Shown here in pieces: positions 44,933 to 53,496 of a stretch of DNA of 64,000 nt. The position numbers were made by a program, and so were the translations under genes. Under the pieces are notes generated by a model, which saw only the letters and a list, made by a program, of their open reading frames with translations, did no database searches and was not told the origin of the DNA. Origin of the DNA: Bacteroidota bacterium (lineage in GTDB: Bacteria; Bacteroidota; Bacteroidia; Bacteroidales; Paludibacteraceae); NCBI GenBank assembly GCA_030706465.1, contig JAUZOM010000001.1, forward strand, positions 1,288 through 65,287, given 5' to 3'. Position 1 is the first letter of the stretch. Each line of letters opens with the position of its first letter.

Positions 44933-45367
44933 TTGTTGAAAACGAAGGAACAACGAGATGTGGTTGTCGACCTGAAATGGTTTATGGATAATAATGAACC
45001 ACTCTCATTGATTACTGTTTTAATGGACATTAACTGGAACAGTCATGCAGAATTTGTAACCGACTATTACTTTGATGATATGGTCCTGAACGATAGCAAT
45101 ATGCCACGAGGCATTAAAATCTTACCCGATAAGGAAATGTCCTTTTTCTATGGGAATCCTGCTTCGTCTGCCAAATGGATACAAACATTAGATGTACAAA
45201 ACGCAGAAAATAAAAGCGCAGTTGTTTCAAATCCATTTCCTGCTCAAACTGCTGTTTTAAATTCTTCTAAGGTATTGGAATTTGACAAGAGAGCAAGTGT
45301 TGCCTGGAGACAGGATGTGCGTACTTTATTACCCGGTGTATTTCAGGTTAACAAGTCAGTGTATTAG
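44933..45367 (+). pseudogene. Internal fragment of a paralog of the 50729..52168 CBM/T9SS gene
   Basis: VVVDLKWFMDNNEPLSLITVLMDINW...YYFDDMVLNDSNMPRGIKILPD...NPFPAQTAVLNSSKVLEFDK...LLPGVFQVN aligns with residues ~158-295 of the 479-aa protein at roughly 65-70% identity by eye. It has no signal peptide and no Por tail. Homology starts near 44955. Confidence 0.75.
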
Positions 45368-45523
45368 AAATGATCATTATTCCAGCATTAAAAAGCAGCA
45401 TGTTGGACCAGAAGAATTTAACCTAATCACATTTTATAGAATTATAAAGAGAAAATCCGACACCTCTAATTTTTCAAAAAACATTTTATTAACACTCTCT
45501 ATTTTATATTTAAACAAGACAAC

Positions 45524-47830
45524 ATGAAGGTCAACCTTATATTACTAATTTTATTAATGAATTCGTTATTCACGAATCTGCTGTTCTGTTCGAAAAAAGA
45601 GCCTGTTGATTACGTTGATTGTTTTATCGGAACATCCAATTCCCGTTGGATGTTAGGTCCGTATGCTCAAATGCCTTTTGGTATGGTTCAGATCGGACCG
45701 GATAATCAGGGCAACAACTGGATGGGAGGTTACGAGTATTCAAACAACAGCGTATCGGGATTCAGTCATATTCATGCCTGGACCATGGGAGGGCTTATGA
45801 TGATGCCAACCACTGCGGATTTAGCATTATCCAATCCCAGCCCGGATTCGCCATTCAGGGGAGCAAATTCAGGGTATCATTCACGCATTCTTAAAGAGAC
45901 TGAAAAAGCCTCACCCGGATATTACGAAGTCGAATTATATGATCATAACGTAAAAGTTGCTTTAACAGCCACCACCCGTTGCAGCTTTCAAAAATATATA
46001 TTCCCGGAATGTAATGAATCCCGGGTTTTAATTGACTTACAATTCCCAACCGAATGGGATTACGGATTCACAGTTCAGGATGCTAAGATTACAAAAATCA
46101 GCAATACGGAAATAGAAGGGTATGCCGATTGTAAGTCCGGTGCATGGAGTGGTTGGAACGACTGGAAACTGTTTTTCGTTATCAGATTCAGTAAACCGTT
46201 CGAACACTTTAATGGATGGAATAATGATGTCATTAAAAAGGATGTTGATGCAATTGGCGGGAAAGGCCATGTTGGAGCTTATGTAACCTATAAAACAAAT
46301 GAAGGCGATGAAGTGAAGGTCCAATCGGCCATCTCATTGGTCAGTATCGATGGAGCACGAAAAAACATGCAAGAAGAACTGATTGCTCCATTTGACTGGG
46401 ATTTCAATGCCTGTGTAAAGCACTCACGACAGGTATGGAATGATTTATTGAGCAAAGTGAAAATTGAAGGAGGAAGTGAAAAAGATAAAAGGAAGTTTTA
46501 TACCAATATGTATCGCGCCTATGCCGGCAAACAAACCTGGAATGATGTGGATGGGAAGTACAGGGATGCCTGTGAAAACATCCAACAATTGAAGCCCGGT
46601 CAGTCGATGTATGGTGGTGATGCTTTCTGGAATTCTTATTGGAATTTAAATGGATTATGGTCGATTGTTACCCCCAAAATTATTGATAACTGGGTGACTA
46701 CCCAGTTAGAGATGTTTGAACATACCGGTTGGACCAGTAAAGGCCCAACCGGTATTGAATATTCCGGCATTATGGAAGGCTCGCACGAAATAGCCCTGAT
46801 GGTTGCAGCTTATCAAAAAGGAATCCGAAAAGATGGTGAAAGCATTTATAAAGCTGTACATAAAATGGTAACCGAAAATGGCGGTACCCATCCTTGTGGT
46901 GGAACCTACGGACAAAAAAACCTCAACTGGTATGTTAAATATGGTTACATGCCCTCGGAAGTCGATGTTATTTCTAAAACGCAGGATTATGCCTACGATG
47001 ATTATTGTGTAGCACAAATGGCCAAAGCTTTAAAACACAATGATGTTGCTGCAGCCTTGGAGAAAAGGTCGATGAATTATAAAAACATCTATAATCCTGT
47101 CACAAAATACGTTTGCCGCCGGGACAGTACAGGTAAATGGGATCCTGATTTTGATGTATTTTCCAACAAAGGTTTTATTGAAGGTAATTCGTGGCAATAT
47201 TCCTGGTATGTACCGCATGATATAACCGGGTTGCTGTCCTTGATAGGCAAAGACACCGCTTATAACCGGTTGGTTGAAGGTTTTGAAAAGTCGCGGAAAC
47301 ATAATTTTGCTGCTTATGCTTTTGATTGTACAATGGGGCAATCGGCTGAATTCTATGTGAACCAGGGGAATGAGGTAAATATGAGTTCTGCTTTTATCTT
47401 CAACTATTTAAATAAACCGACGTTGTGCGAGAAATACACACGCGAGATATTAAACTCGTATTATGGTGATACCCCCTATCATGGTTGGGATGGTGATGAA
47501 GATGAAGGACAAATGAGCTCCTGGTATGTCATGTCGGCTATGGGATTATTCGAAATGAACGGTGGAGTAACCGCAAATTCAGAATTGGAGCTTACCAGTC
47601 CTATTTTTGATCGAATTACTATTTCATTAGATGCTGATTATTACGCAGGAAAAAAGTTTGTCATTGAAGCTGTTAACAACTCTCCTAAGAATTGTTACAT
47701 TAAATCAGCAAGCTTAAACGGTGTAAAATTAAAAGAGCCAAGGATTCCATTTGAAGCAATTAAAAATGGAGGAAAACTTATTTTAACTATGGATAGTGAT
47801 CCCAAAAAATGCACCTGGGAATTGCCCTAA
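45524..47830 (+). CDS. GH92 alpha-mannosidase
   Basis: 768-aa ORF. It contains DYVDCFIGTSNSRWMLGPYAQMPFGMVQIGPDN, GNSWQYSWYVPHD and GDEDEGQMSSWYVMSAMGLFEM. Confidence 0.9.
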   Translation: MKVNLILLILLMNSLFTNLLFCSKKEPVDYVDCFIGTSNSRWMLGPYAQMPFGMVQIGPDNQGNNWMGGYEYSNNSVSGFSHIHAWTMGGLMMMPTTADLALSNPSPDSPFRGANSGYHSRILKETEKASPGYYEVELYDHNVKVALTATTRCSFQKYIFPECNESRVLIDLQFPTEWDYGFTVQDAKITKISNTEIEGYADCKSGAWSGWNDWKLFFVIRFSKPFEHFNGWNNDVIKKDVDAIGGKGHVGAYVTYKTNEGDEVKVQSAISLVSIDGARKNMQEELIAPFDWDFNACVKHSRQVWNDLLSKVKIEGGSEKDKRKFYTNMYRAYAGKQTWNDVDGKYRDACENIQQLKPGQSMYGGDAFWNSYWNLNGLWSIVTPKIIDNWVTTQLEMFEHTGWTSKGPTGIEYSGIMEGSHEIALMVAAYQKGIRKDGESIYKAVHKMVTENGGTHPCGGTYGQKNLNWYVKYGYMPSEVDVISKTQDYAYDDYCVAQMAKALKHNDVAAALEKRSMNYKNIYNPVTKYVCRRDSTGKWDPDFDVFSNKGFIEGNSWQYSWYVPHDITGLLSLIGKDTAYNRLVEGFEKSRKHNFAAYAFDCTMGQSAEFYVNQGNEVNMSSAFIFNYLNKPTLCEKYTREILNSYYGDTPYHGWDGDEDEGQMSSWYVMSAMGLFEMNGGVTANSELELTSPIFDRITISLDADYYAGKKFVIEAVNNSPKNCYIKSASLNGVKLKEPRIPFEAIKNGGKLILTMDSDPKKCTWELP

Positions 47831-47854
47831 AAAAACATGTAAGTAACAGAAACT

Positions 47855-48097
47855 AAATAATGTCGTATTATTTTAATTTAAAGGGAATAAGGGTTAGACC
47901 TTTTTGCTTAATATTTCTACTAAGGGGTCAAAAACAAAAATAAGGTTTTTGATTTAAAGCCTTTATTTTTAGATAGTAACACTCCGTGGAAAACATAACT
48001 TTCCCATACTAAAACCCTTATTTTCTTATTTATAAAAGCTGTTTTAGTCGTATTTTTCAAGAAATAAAACAGGACAATATATTGTTCCTACTACTTA
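47855..48097 (+). repeat. Intergenic element copy B
   Basis: See copy A. Copy B also shares a central block with copy C. Internal inverted pair: aaaataaggtttttga ... ctaaaacccttatttt. Near-palindrome: aggacaatatattgttcc. Confidence 0.8.
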
Positions 48098-48331
48098 TAT
48101 TAGAATGATCAAGCACAAATATCCGCAATTAGCAATAAAAATATCAGTTGCGGATTTAAGGCAAACTTTATTTACTGCCAAGTTGTTACGTCTGAACCTA
48201 ATATTCCTAGCAAAAAACAATACTTATAAATAACGCAGATGAATTAAATATCTATTAGTTTCTATTCGGATTCTGTTACAATATTGACAGCATTTGGTAA
48301 TATACTAAATACTCAACGAGAGGCAATGCAA

Positions 48332-48339
48332 TATATTTG
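48332..48339 (+). promoter_or_regulatory. Candidate -7 promoter box (TAnnTTTG) upstream of the CBM-GH30 gene
   Basis: tatatttg sits within tatatttgca, 76 nt upstream of the ATG at 48415. Confidence 0.35.
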
Positions 48340-48414
48340 CAACCACTAACCGCAGCTCAAAAGGGGACTCAATTCTACACTTTTGAAATGAAATTTAATA
48401 CTAATATAAAGTTA

Positions 48415-50586
48415 ATGAAAAAAATTACTTTCGCTTTACTTTCTCTTTTATTCTCGACGAGCCTATTTGCCGTGGATAATATCCTTCTGGATTTTGAGTT
48501 GGGCACAGTTCCATCAACGGTGTCTTCCTGGCTGAATTATTCGAATGCCGGAACATCTGCCAGCACCTGGTCGATCGCAAATCCTCAAACCGATGCAGTT
48601 AACAGTACATTGAATTGTTATAAAATTACGAAGCAATCCGGCGACCCTTACTGGACCGGATTGGAAGTAAACCTGGTCTCCCCGATAATAATTACTTCTA
48701 CAAACCAATATCTTCATGTGTTGGTTTACAAAAACACCACTTCGAGAATCGCACTCACGTATACCCCCGCAGGCGGAACACAAAGTCCGGATGCCTGGCT
48801 TTCGAACAGTACTACCGGTGCCTGGATTGATTATGTATTAAATATTCCTACCGGAACCAGTTTAAAAACTTTTGCCATTAAAATAGCTGATGATCCGGGA
48901 AATTATTATTTCGATCAAATTATGCTTTCAGACAATCCTGCTTCTATTTCCAGGACTCCGGTAACAATCGATCCCGCCATACAAAGCCAGATAATTGAAG
49001 GTTGGGGTGCATCACTCTGTTGGTGGGCCAATATTATGGGTGGATTTTCCGATTCAAAAATTAAAACTATTTGCGACTGGATTACTGATCCGGTCAATGG
49101 TTTAAATATGAATATCTTTCGATTTAACATTGGTGGCGGTGATGACCCGACTCATAACCATATGCGGACTGATGGTGGTGCCATGCCCGGGTATAAGGCT
49201 TCGCTTGCTGCACCCTACGACTGGACGCAGGATGCCAATCAGCGTAAGATTTTGCAACAATTAATCGCATCGCGTGTTGCCAAAACAGGAGTCAATGACA
49301 TACAGCTTGTCGGATTCTCAAATTCCCCCCCTTACTGGATGACGCGCAGCGGTTGTTCCGCAGGAAGTGTAGAGGGAAATGTAACTAATTTAAGATCGGA
49401 TATGTTTGATGAATTTGCCGATTACCTGACAGAAGTCGCAAAATACTATCACGATAATTTAGGAATAAGCTTTAATTACCTGGAACCATTTAACGAGCCG
49501 GATGGTGCGTGGTGGAAAGCCTACGGGAATCAGGAAGGATGCTATTTTTCGGATAATGACCAGATGGTCATGATCCGGGCGCTTTATACGAAACTTTCGG
49601 CTAAAAACATGTTGTCGTACTGTCAGATTACAGCGAATGATGCCAATCAAATAGACAATGGTTATAATAGCGTGATGGCGTATAAAAATGCTGGTGATAT
49701 TTTAGCAAAAATGGCACTTATCAGTGTTCATACCTACGGGGGCAGCAAAAGAGCCGAACTGGCATTATTTGCCAAAGGAAATGGAAAAAAACTCTGGCAA
49801 TCGGAGTCAGGACCAATCGGCATCAGCGGAACGAACGAACATAATATAATGGTTATGTCCGATCGTATTATTACCGATATGCGCGATTTGAAATGTTCAG
49901 CCTGGAACGATTGGCAAATAGGTGGAGATGGAGGTGCCACAAACAATCCATGGGCATTAATTGTTAGTACATATAGCAACAATCTAAATCCAATTAGTAA
50001 AGGTATAGCCTTTTATATTCGTGCACAGTACAGCCGGTATTTGAAAGCAGGTTACACTTTAATTAATAACTCTGCGGATAATGTTTTAACGGCAATCAGT
50101 CCTGATGCGACTGAACTTGTGATTGTAATCAGCAATCAGGCTACTTATACTCAGAAATACTCATTTGATCTTTCAAAATTCTCTAACCTTGGGAAAGTGC
50201 AACAAATACGGACCCGTGTACAGGAATCATTAGGAATTAAAAATTCAGTAACTCTTTTCAATATTACAGGGAATTCATTTACTTACGATGCTTTATCTGA
50301 ATCGGTAACAACCTTTGTGGTCCCAATTAACCAAGCTCCGGCTGCCGTGAACGAAGTAGAAAAGAACCTGGGAGATATGTACTATTCGAACGGGGTAATA
50401 CATACAAATTTTACGAATGACCAGCCTATCAATATCTCAATTTATAACACAATCGGACAACTGATAAAGAATTACGGCAAAGTATCTTTCTGTGGAATTC
50501 AACCGGTCTATTTAAAAAGTGGTTTTTATATTGTTAGCACAAAAATAGGAAACAAAACAATTTCAAGGAAAATAGAGGTTTATTAA
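48415..50586 (+). CDS. T9SS-secreted GH30-family glycoside hydrolase with an N-terminal CBM-like module
   Basis: The ORF spans 48337..50586. The likely start is MKKITFALLSLLFSTSLFA (ATG at 48415). GH30 pattern: IEGWGASLCWWANIMGG, NYLEPFNEPDG (acid/base) and LWQSESGP (nucleophile). Por tail: INISIYNTIGQLIKNYG...GFYIVSTKIGNKTISRKIEVY. Confidence 0.8.
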   Translation: MKKITFALLSLLFSTSLFAVDNILLDFELGTVPSTVSSWLNYSNAGTSASTWSIANPQTDAVNSTLNCYKITKQSGDPYWTGLEVNLVSPIIITSTNQYLHVLVYKNTTSRIALTYTPAGGTQSPDAWLSNSTTGAWIDYVLNIPTGTSLKTFAIKIADDPGNYYFDQIMLSDNPASISRTPVTIDPAIQSQIIEGWGASLCWWANIMGGFSDSKIKTICDWITDPVNGLNMNIFRFNIGGGDDPTHNHMRTDGGAMPGYKASLAAPYDWTQDANQRKILQQLIASRVAKTGVNDIQLVGFSNSPPYWMTRSGCSAGSVEGNVTNLRSDMFDEFADYLTEVAKYYHDNLGISFNYLEPFNEPDGAWWKAYGNQEGCYFSDNDQMVMIRALYTKLSAKNMLSYCQITANDANQIDNGYNSVMAYKNAGDILAKMALISVHTYGGSKRAELALFAKGNGKKLWQSESGPIGISGTNEHNIMVMSDRIITDMRDLKCSAWNDWQIGGDGGATNNPWALIVSTYSNNLNPISKGIAFYIRAQYSRYLKAGYTLINNSADNVLTAISPDATELVIVISNQATYTQKYSFDLSKFSNLGKVQQIRTRVQESLGIKNSVTLFNITGNSFTYDALSESVTTFVVPINQAPAAVNEVEKNLGDMYYSNGVIHTNFTNDQPINISIYNTIGQLIKNYGKVSFCGIQPVYLKSGFYIVSTKIGNKTISRKIEVY

Positions 50587-50668
50587 AGTTTTATCTTAAA
50601 AAGCAGCCTTTGATACAACTCGGATAGCTTCTGATACAATAATTAAAGTTTCAAAAATGCAATATAAG

Positions 50669-50676
50669 TAGTTTTG
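50669..50676 (+). promoter_or_regulatory. Candidate -7 promoter box (TAnnTTTG)
   Basis: tagttttg lies 52 nt upstream of the ATG at 50729. Confidence 0.35.
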
Positions 50677-50728
50677 CATGACTATTCAATTAATATTTAT
50701 TTACTAATTACTAATTAAAAACACTCTT

Positions 50729-52168
50729 ATGAAAAAACTAATTTTACTCGCAATGGCAATTTATTGCTTTGGTTTCATCTCAGCACAAACTGAGACAAAA
50801 CTTTTTACCGGGGATACTACTCCCAGTCTATTTTCCCGCATTGATTTTGTCTCTTGGGGTATGGGCGATGCGGCAAATAATTATGTGAATTATGGAACAG
50901 CCGATGCACCTGCATTTACCGAAGTTGCAACAAACCCGGATAAAACAGGGTTGAATGCAACAGATAAAGCATTACATCTGACTTCGCTTAAAGGTCATAG
51001 CTGGTGGCCGGATTTTTTAGATTTCACCTTAACAGCACCTATTACCATTACTGCAGATAATCGCTACTTGCATATCTATCATTTTCGCGAAAATCTGAAT
51101 AAAGGTTTCAGTGTAAACATCAATAATGAAAAAACTTGGGATGATCCTGATAAAGGAACAAAAAGGTTTGATTCGAATCTAACCACAGCCGGAAAATGGG
51201 AAGATGTTGTTGTTGACCTGAAATGGTTTATGGATAATAATGAGCCACTTTCCATGTTTTGTGTTTTAATGGATACAAACTGGGGCGCAGATGCAGAACC
51301 TACAACCAACTATTATTTTGATGAAATAGTGTTAAACAACAGTAATCTGCCACGCGGTCTTAATATTTTGCCGGATACTGAAATGTCCTTGTTCTATGGA
51401 AACACTGCTTCTTACAACAAGTGGGTAAAATCAATAGATACACAAAACACAGAAAATGCTTATTCTATCGTAGCTAACCCTTTCACTACTCAAACTGCCG
51501 TACTGAACTCGGCACAAGTTGTTAAATTTGACAAGAGTGCCAATGCTGCATGGTGGCAAGGATTTCGCACTTTATTACCTGGTGTATTTAAGGTTAACGA
51601 CGGAAAACAATACTATCTGCACGTGATGGTCAATATTCCAACCATGGATCCAGCACAAGATCCTTATATTATTCAACTGAATGCAAAAGATTTTGCAGGC
51701 AATCAATTAGATAGTGGCGATTTTCAAAAATACTTTAATTCAGATGCCGGTAACTGGATGGATATGGTATTGGATGTAACTTCATTAGGTTATATACAGG
51801 AATTTACAGTACGTTGTGATGTTCGAAAGGATGCAAATGATGCTTATATAAATTCACCTGCCGGCACATTCTATATTGATGCTGTATCAATTGACACGAA
51901 TCCGGATCCACGGACCACAGTTACTGCTCCGAATGCAGTTAACAATCCTAACCAAAATAACCTCAAAGTTTATTCTGCAAATCACAACGTGGTTGTGGAA
52001 GGGAATGCAGCTTCTGTTGAAGTTTACAATATGTTAGGCAAGTCTTTAAACAAAGCTACAGCAACCGGATCAAAGACAGTATTACCTGTTAGCCAAGGTG
52101 GTGTATATTTAGTTAAGACGACTACAGCTGATGGTAATGTTTCAAATTCTAAGGTTTTAGTAAAATAA
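50729..52168 (+). CDS. T9SS-secreted protein with two CBM-like beta-sandwich modules (non-catalytic glycan-binding candidate)
   Basis: 479-aa ORF with signal peptide MKKLILLAMAIYCFGFISAQ. It has two internal repeats: ATNPDKTGLNATDKALHL..NRYLHIYHF..YYFDEIVL and ANPFTTQTAVLNSAQVVKF..KQYYLHVMV..FYIDAVSI. Por tail: LKVYSANHNVVVEG..VEVYNMLGKSL...GGVYLVKTTTADGNVSNSKVLVK. Confidence 0.6.
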   Translation: MKKLILLAMAIYCFGFISAQTETKLFTGDTTPSLFSRIDFVSWGMGDAANNYVNYGTADAPAFTEVATNPDKTGLNATDKALHLTSLKGHSWWPDFLDFTLTAPITITADNRYLHIYHFRENLNKGFSVNINNEKTWDDPDKGTKRFDSNLTTAGKWEDVVVDLKWFMDNNEPLSMFCVLMDTNWGADAEPTTNYYFDEIVLNNSNLPRGLNILPDTEMSLFYGNTASYNKWVKSIDTQNTENAYSIVANPFTTQTAVLNSAQVVKFDKSANAAWWQGFRTLLPGVFKVNDGKQYYLHVMVNIPTMDPAQDPYIIQLNAKDFAGNQLDSGDFQKYFNSDAGNWMDMVLDVTSLGYIQEFTVRCDVRKDANDAYINSPAGTFYIDAVSIDTNPDPRTTVTAPNAVNNPNQNNLKVYSANHNVVVEGNAASVEVYNMLGKSLNKATATGSKTVLPVSQGGVYLVKTTTADGNVSNSKVLVK

Positions 52169-52190
52169 AAATAGATTGTTGATTTTATAA

Positions 52191-52225
52191 TAAGGGGGAG
52201 AATAGCTCTCCTCCTTATTTTAAAA
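52191..52225 (+). terminator. Intrinsic terminator after the 479-aa gene
   Basis: Stem taagggggaga / tctcctcctta (including G-U pairs), loop atagc, followed by ttttaaaattt. Confidence 0.65.
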
Positions 52226-52321
52226 TTTGTTGTATTTCTAATAGTAGGATTTAGATCCTGTTTTAAATTCTACATATCAAGATAGTAATCACCTTATTTC
52301 TTGTCTTAATAATCAATAATT

Positions 52322-52774
52322 ATGAAAAGAATACACGAAAGAAACTTCTTTCATGGCATTTTCTTAGCCTGCTTCACTTTCCTTTTCCTATTTTTAGGAA
52401 CCTCGTGTCAAAAAGATGCCGCGGATGACCTGTCTACAAAGCTTGTAGGAACCTGGCATCAGACGTCCCAAACAATAAATGGCATTCCTGCCGCAAAAGA
52501 TAGTACCCGCCTTTTAATGCAAATCAATGCAAATCAGATCTGCATCCTTTGCGATTCTTCAGCTGCTGCTATCAAAGCTAAAAAAATCATCAACAGATCC
52601 GGTTGGAGTTATACCGGCGGATCGTTCAATATTGCCATTGATTTACCGGCCTCCTGGAGTCCTGTTGCTGAGGTGAACCAGCTTACACTTCAACGTCTTG
52701 ACTTTAACCAGACCGGTGGAATCAGCAAAACTACACTCCAATTTGAACGTGTAACCAACATCGACATCAAATAA
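52322..52774 (+). CDS. Small lipocalin-like lipoprotein
   Basis: 150-aa ORF with lipobox LGTSCQKD. It has an LVGTWHQTSQTINGIP start typical of lipocalin-like (Lipocalin_4-type) domains. Confidence 0.5.
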   Translation: MKRIHERNFFHGIFLACFTFLFLFLGTSCQKDAADDLSTKLVGTWHQTSQTINGIPAAKDSTRLLMQINANQICILCDSSAAAIKAKKIINRSGWSYTGGSFNIAIDLPASWSPVAEVNQLTLQRLDFNQTGGISKTTLQFERVTNIDIK

Positions 52775-52789
52775 TCAAAAAATACATAC

Positions 52790-53488
52790 ATGAAAACAGT
52801 ATATAAGCTTTTGATCCTGCTTTTACCATTATATATTCTCTCATCTTGCCAAAAAGACACTTACGAACCCAGTTTGGCGGTTGGATTATGGAAACAGGTT
52901 TCAGTTACAGAAGATGGTGTCCCGATGACTTTGACCCCGGAACAAGGCACCTGCAAATTGTTGATTGATGGAAACGGTGCTTATCGTTGCTATCATCAAT
53001 CATTCAAATCATACAATAGCGGAAATGGTCCAACTTCCTTCTATGGCACCTGGAGTATGCTGGATGGCAAATGGATTAACTTTACTACCGATAAATGGGA
53101 ATTAATAGCGACTCTAACAACTGATAGTGACAAGGTGGTATTGGCTCATAAAAGGGTTGCTATTGCTCCTAAAGACACAATTACAGTAATTGACACACTC
53201 AAGAGTGTACAAAAACAGTGGGCTCAATATCATATACAATCCCGTTTCACCATTTTGCAATTATCAAAAACTGAAATGGAAATAAGGCTCAAAACATTTG
53301 TAGGTGAAAAAAAATATGCTCTTCTTTTTGCTCCAGCACCAGTTGATTTTATAGAATTAATACCGGCACCTGCCGGGAAGCCTATTTATATTCCCAAGTT
53401 GGTTACCGACGATAATTATTGGATTATCCGAAATGAATTGCAGACTTTGAAAACGTACGTTTTCAAGTTTAAGAAAGAATCCTATTGA
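52790..53488 (+). CDS. Lipocalin-like lipoprotein
   Basis: 232-aa ORF with lipobox LSSCQKD. It contains VGLWKQVSVTEDGVPMT and FYGTWSMLDGKW. Confidence 0.5.
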   Translation: MKTVYKLLILLLPLYILSSCQKDTYEPSLAVGLWKQVSVTEDGVPMTLTPEQGTCKLLIDGNGAYRCYHQSFKSYNSGNGPTSFYGTWSMLDGKWINFTTDKWELIATLTTDSDKVVLAHKRVAIAPKDTITVIDTLKSVQKQWAQYHIQSRFTILQLSKTEMEIRLKTFVGEKKYALLFAPAPVDFIELIPAPAGKPIYIPKLVTDDNYWIIRNELQTLKTYVFKFKKESY

Positions 53489-53496
53489 TAACTCAA

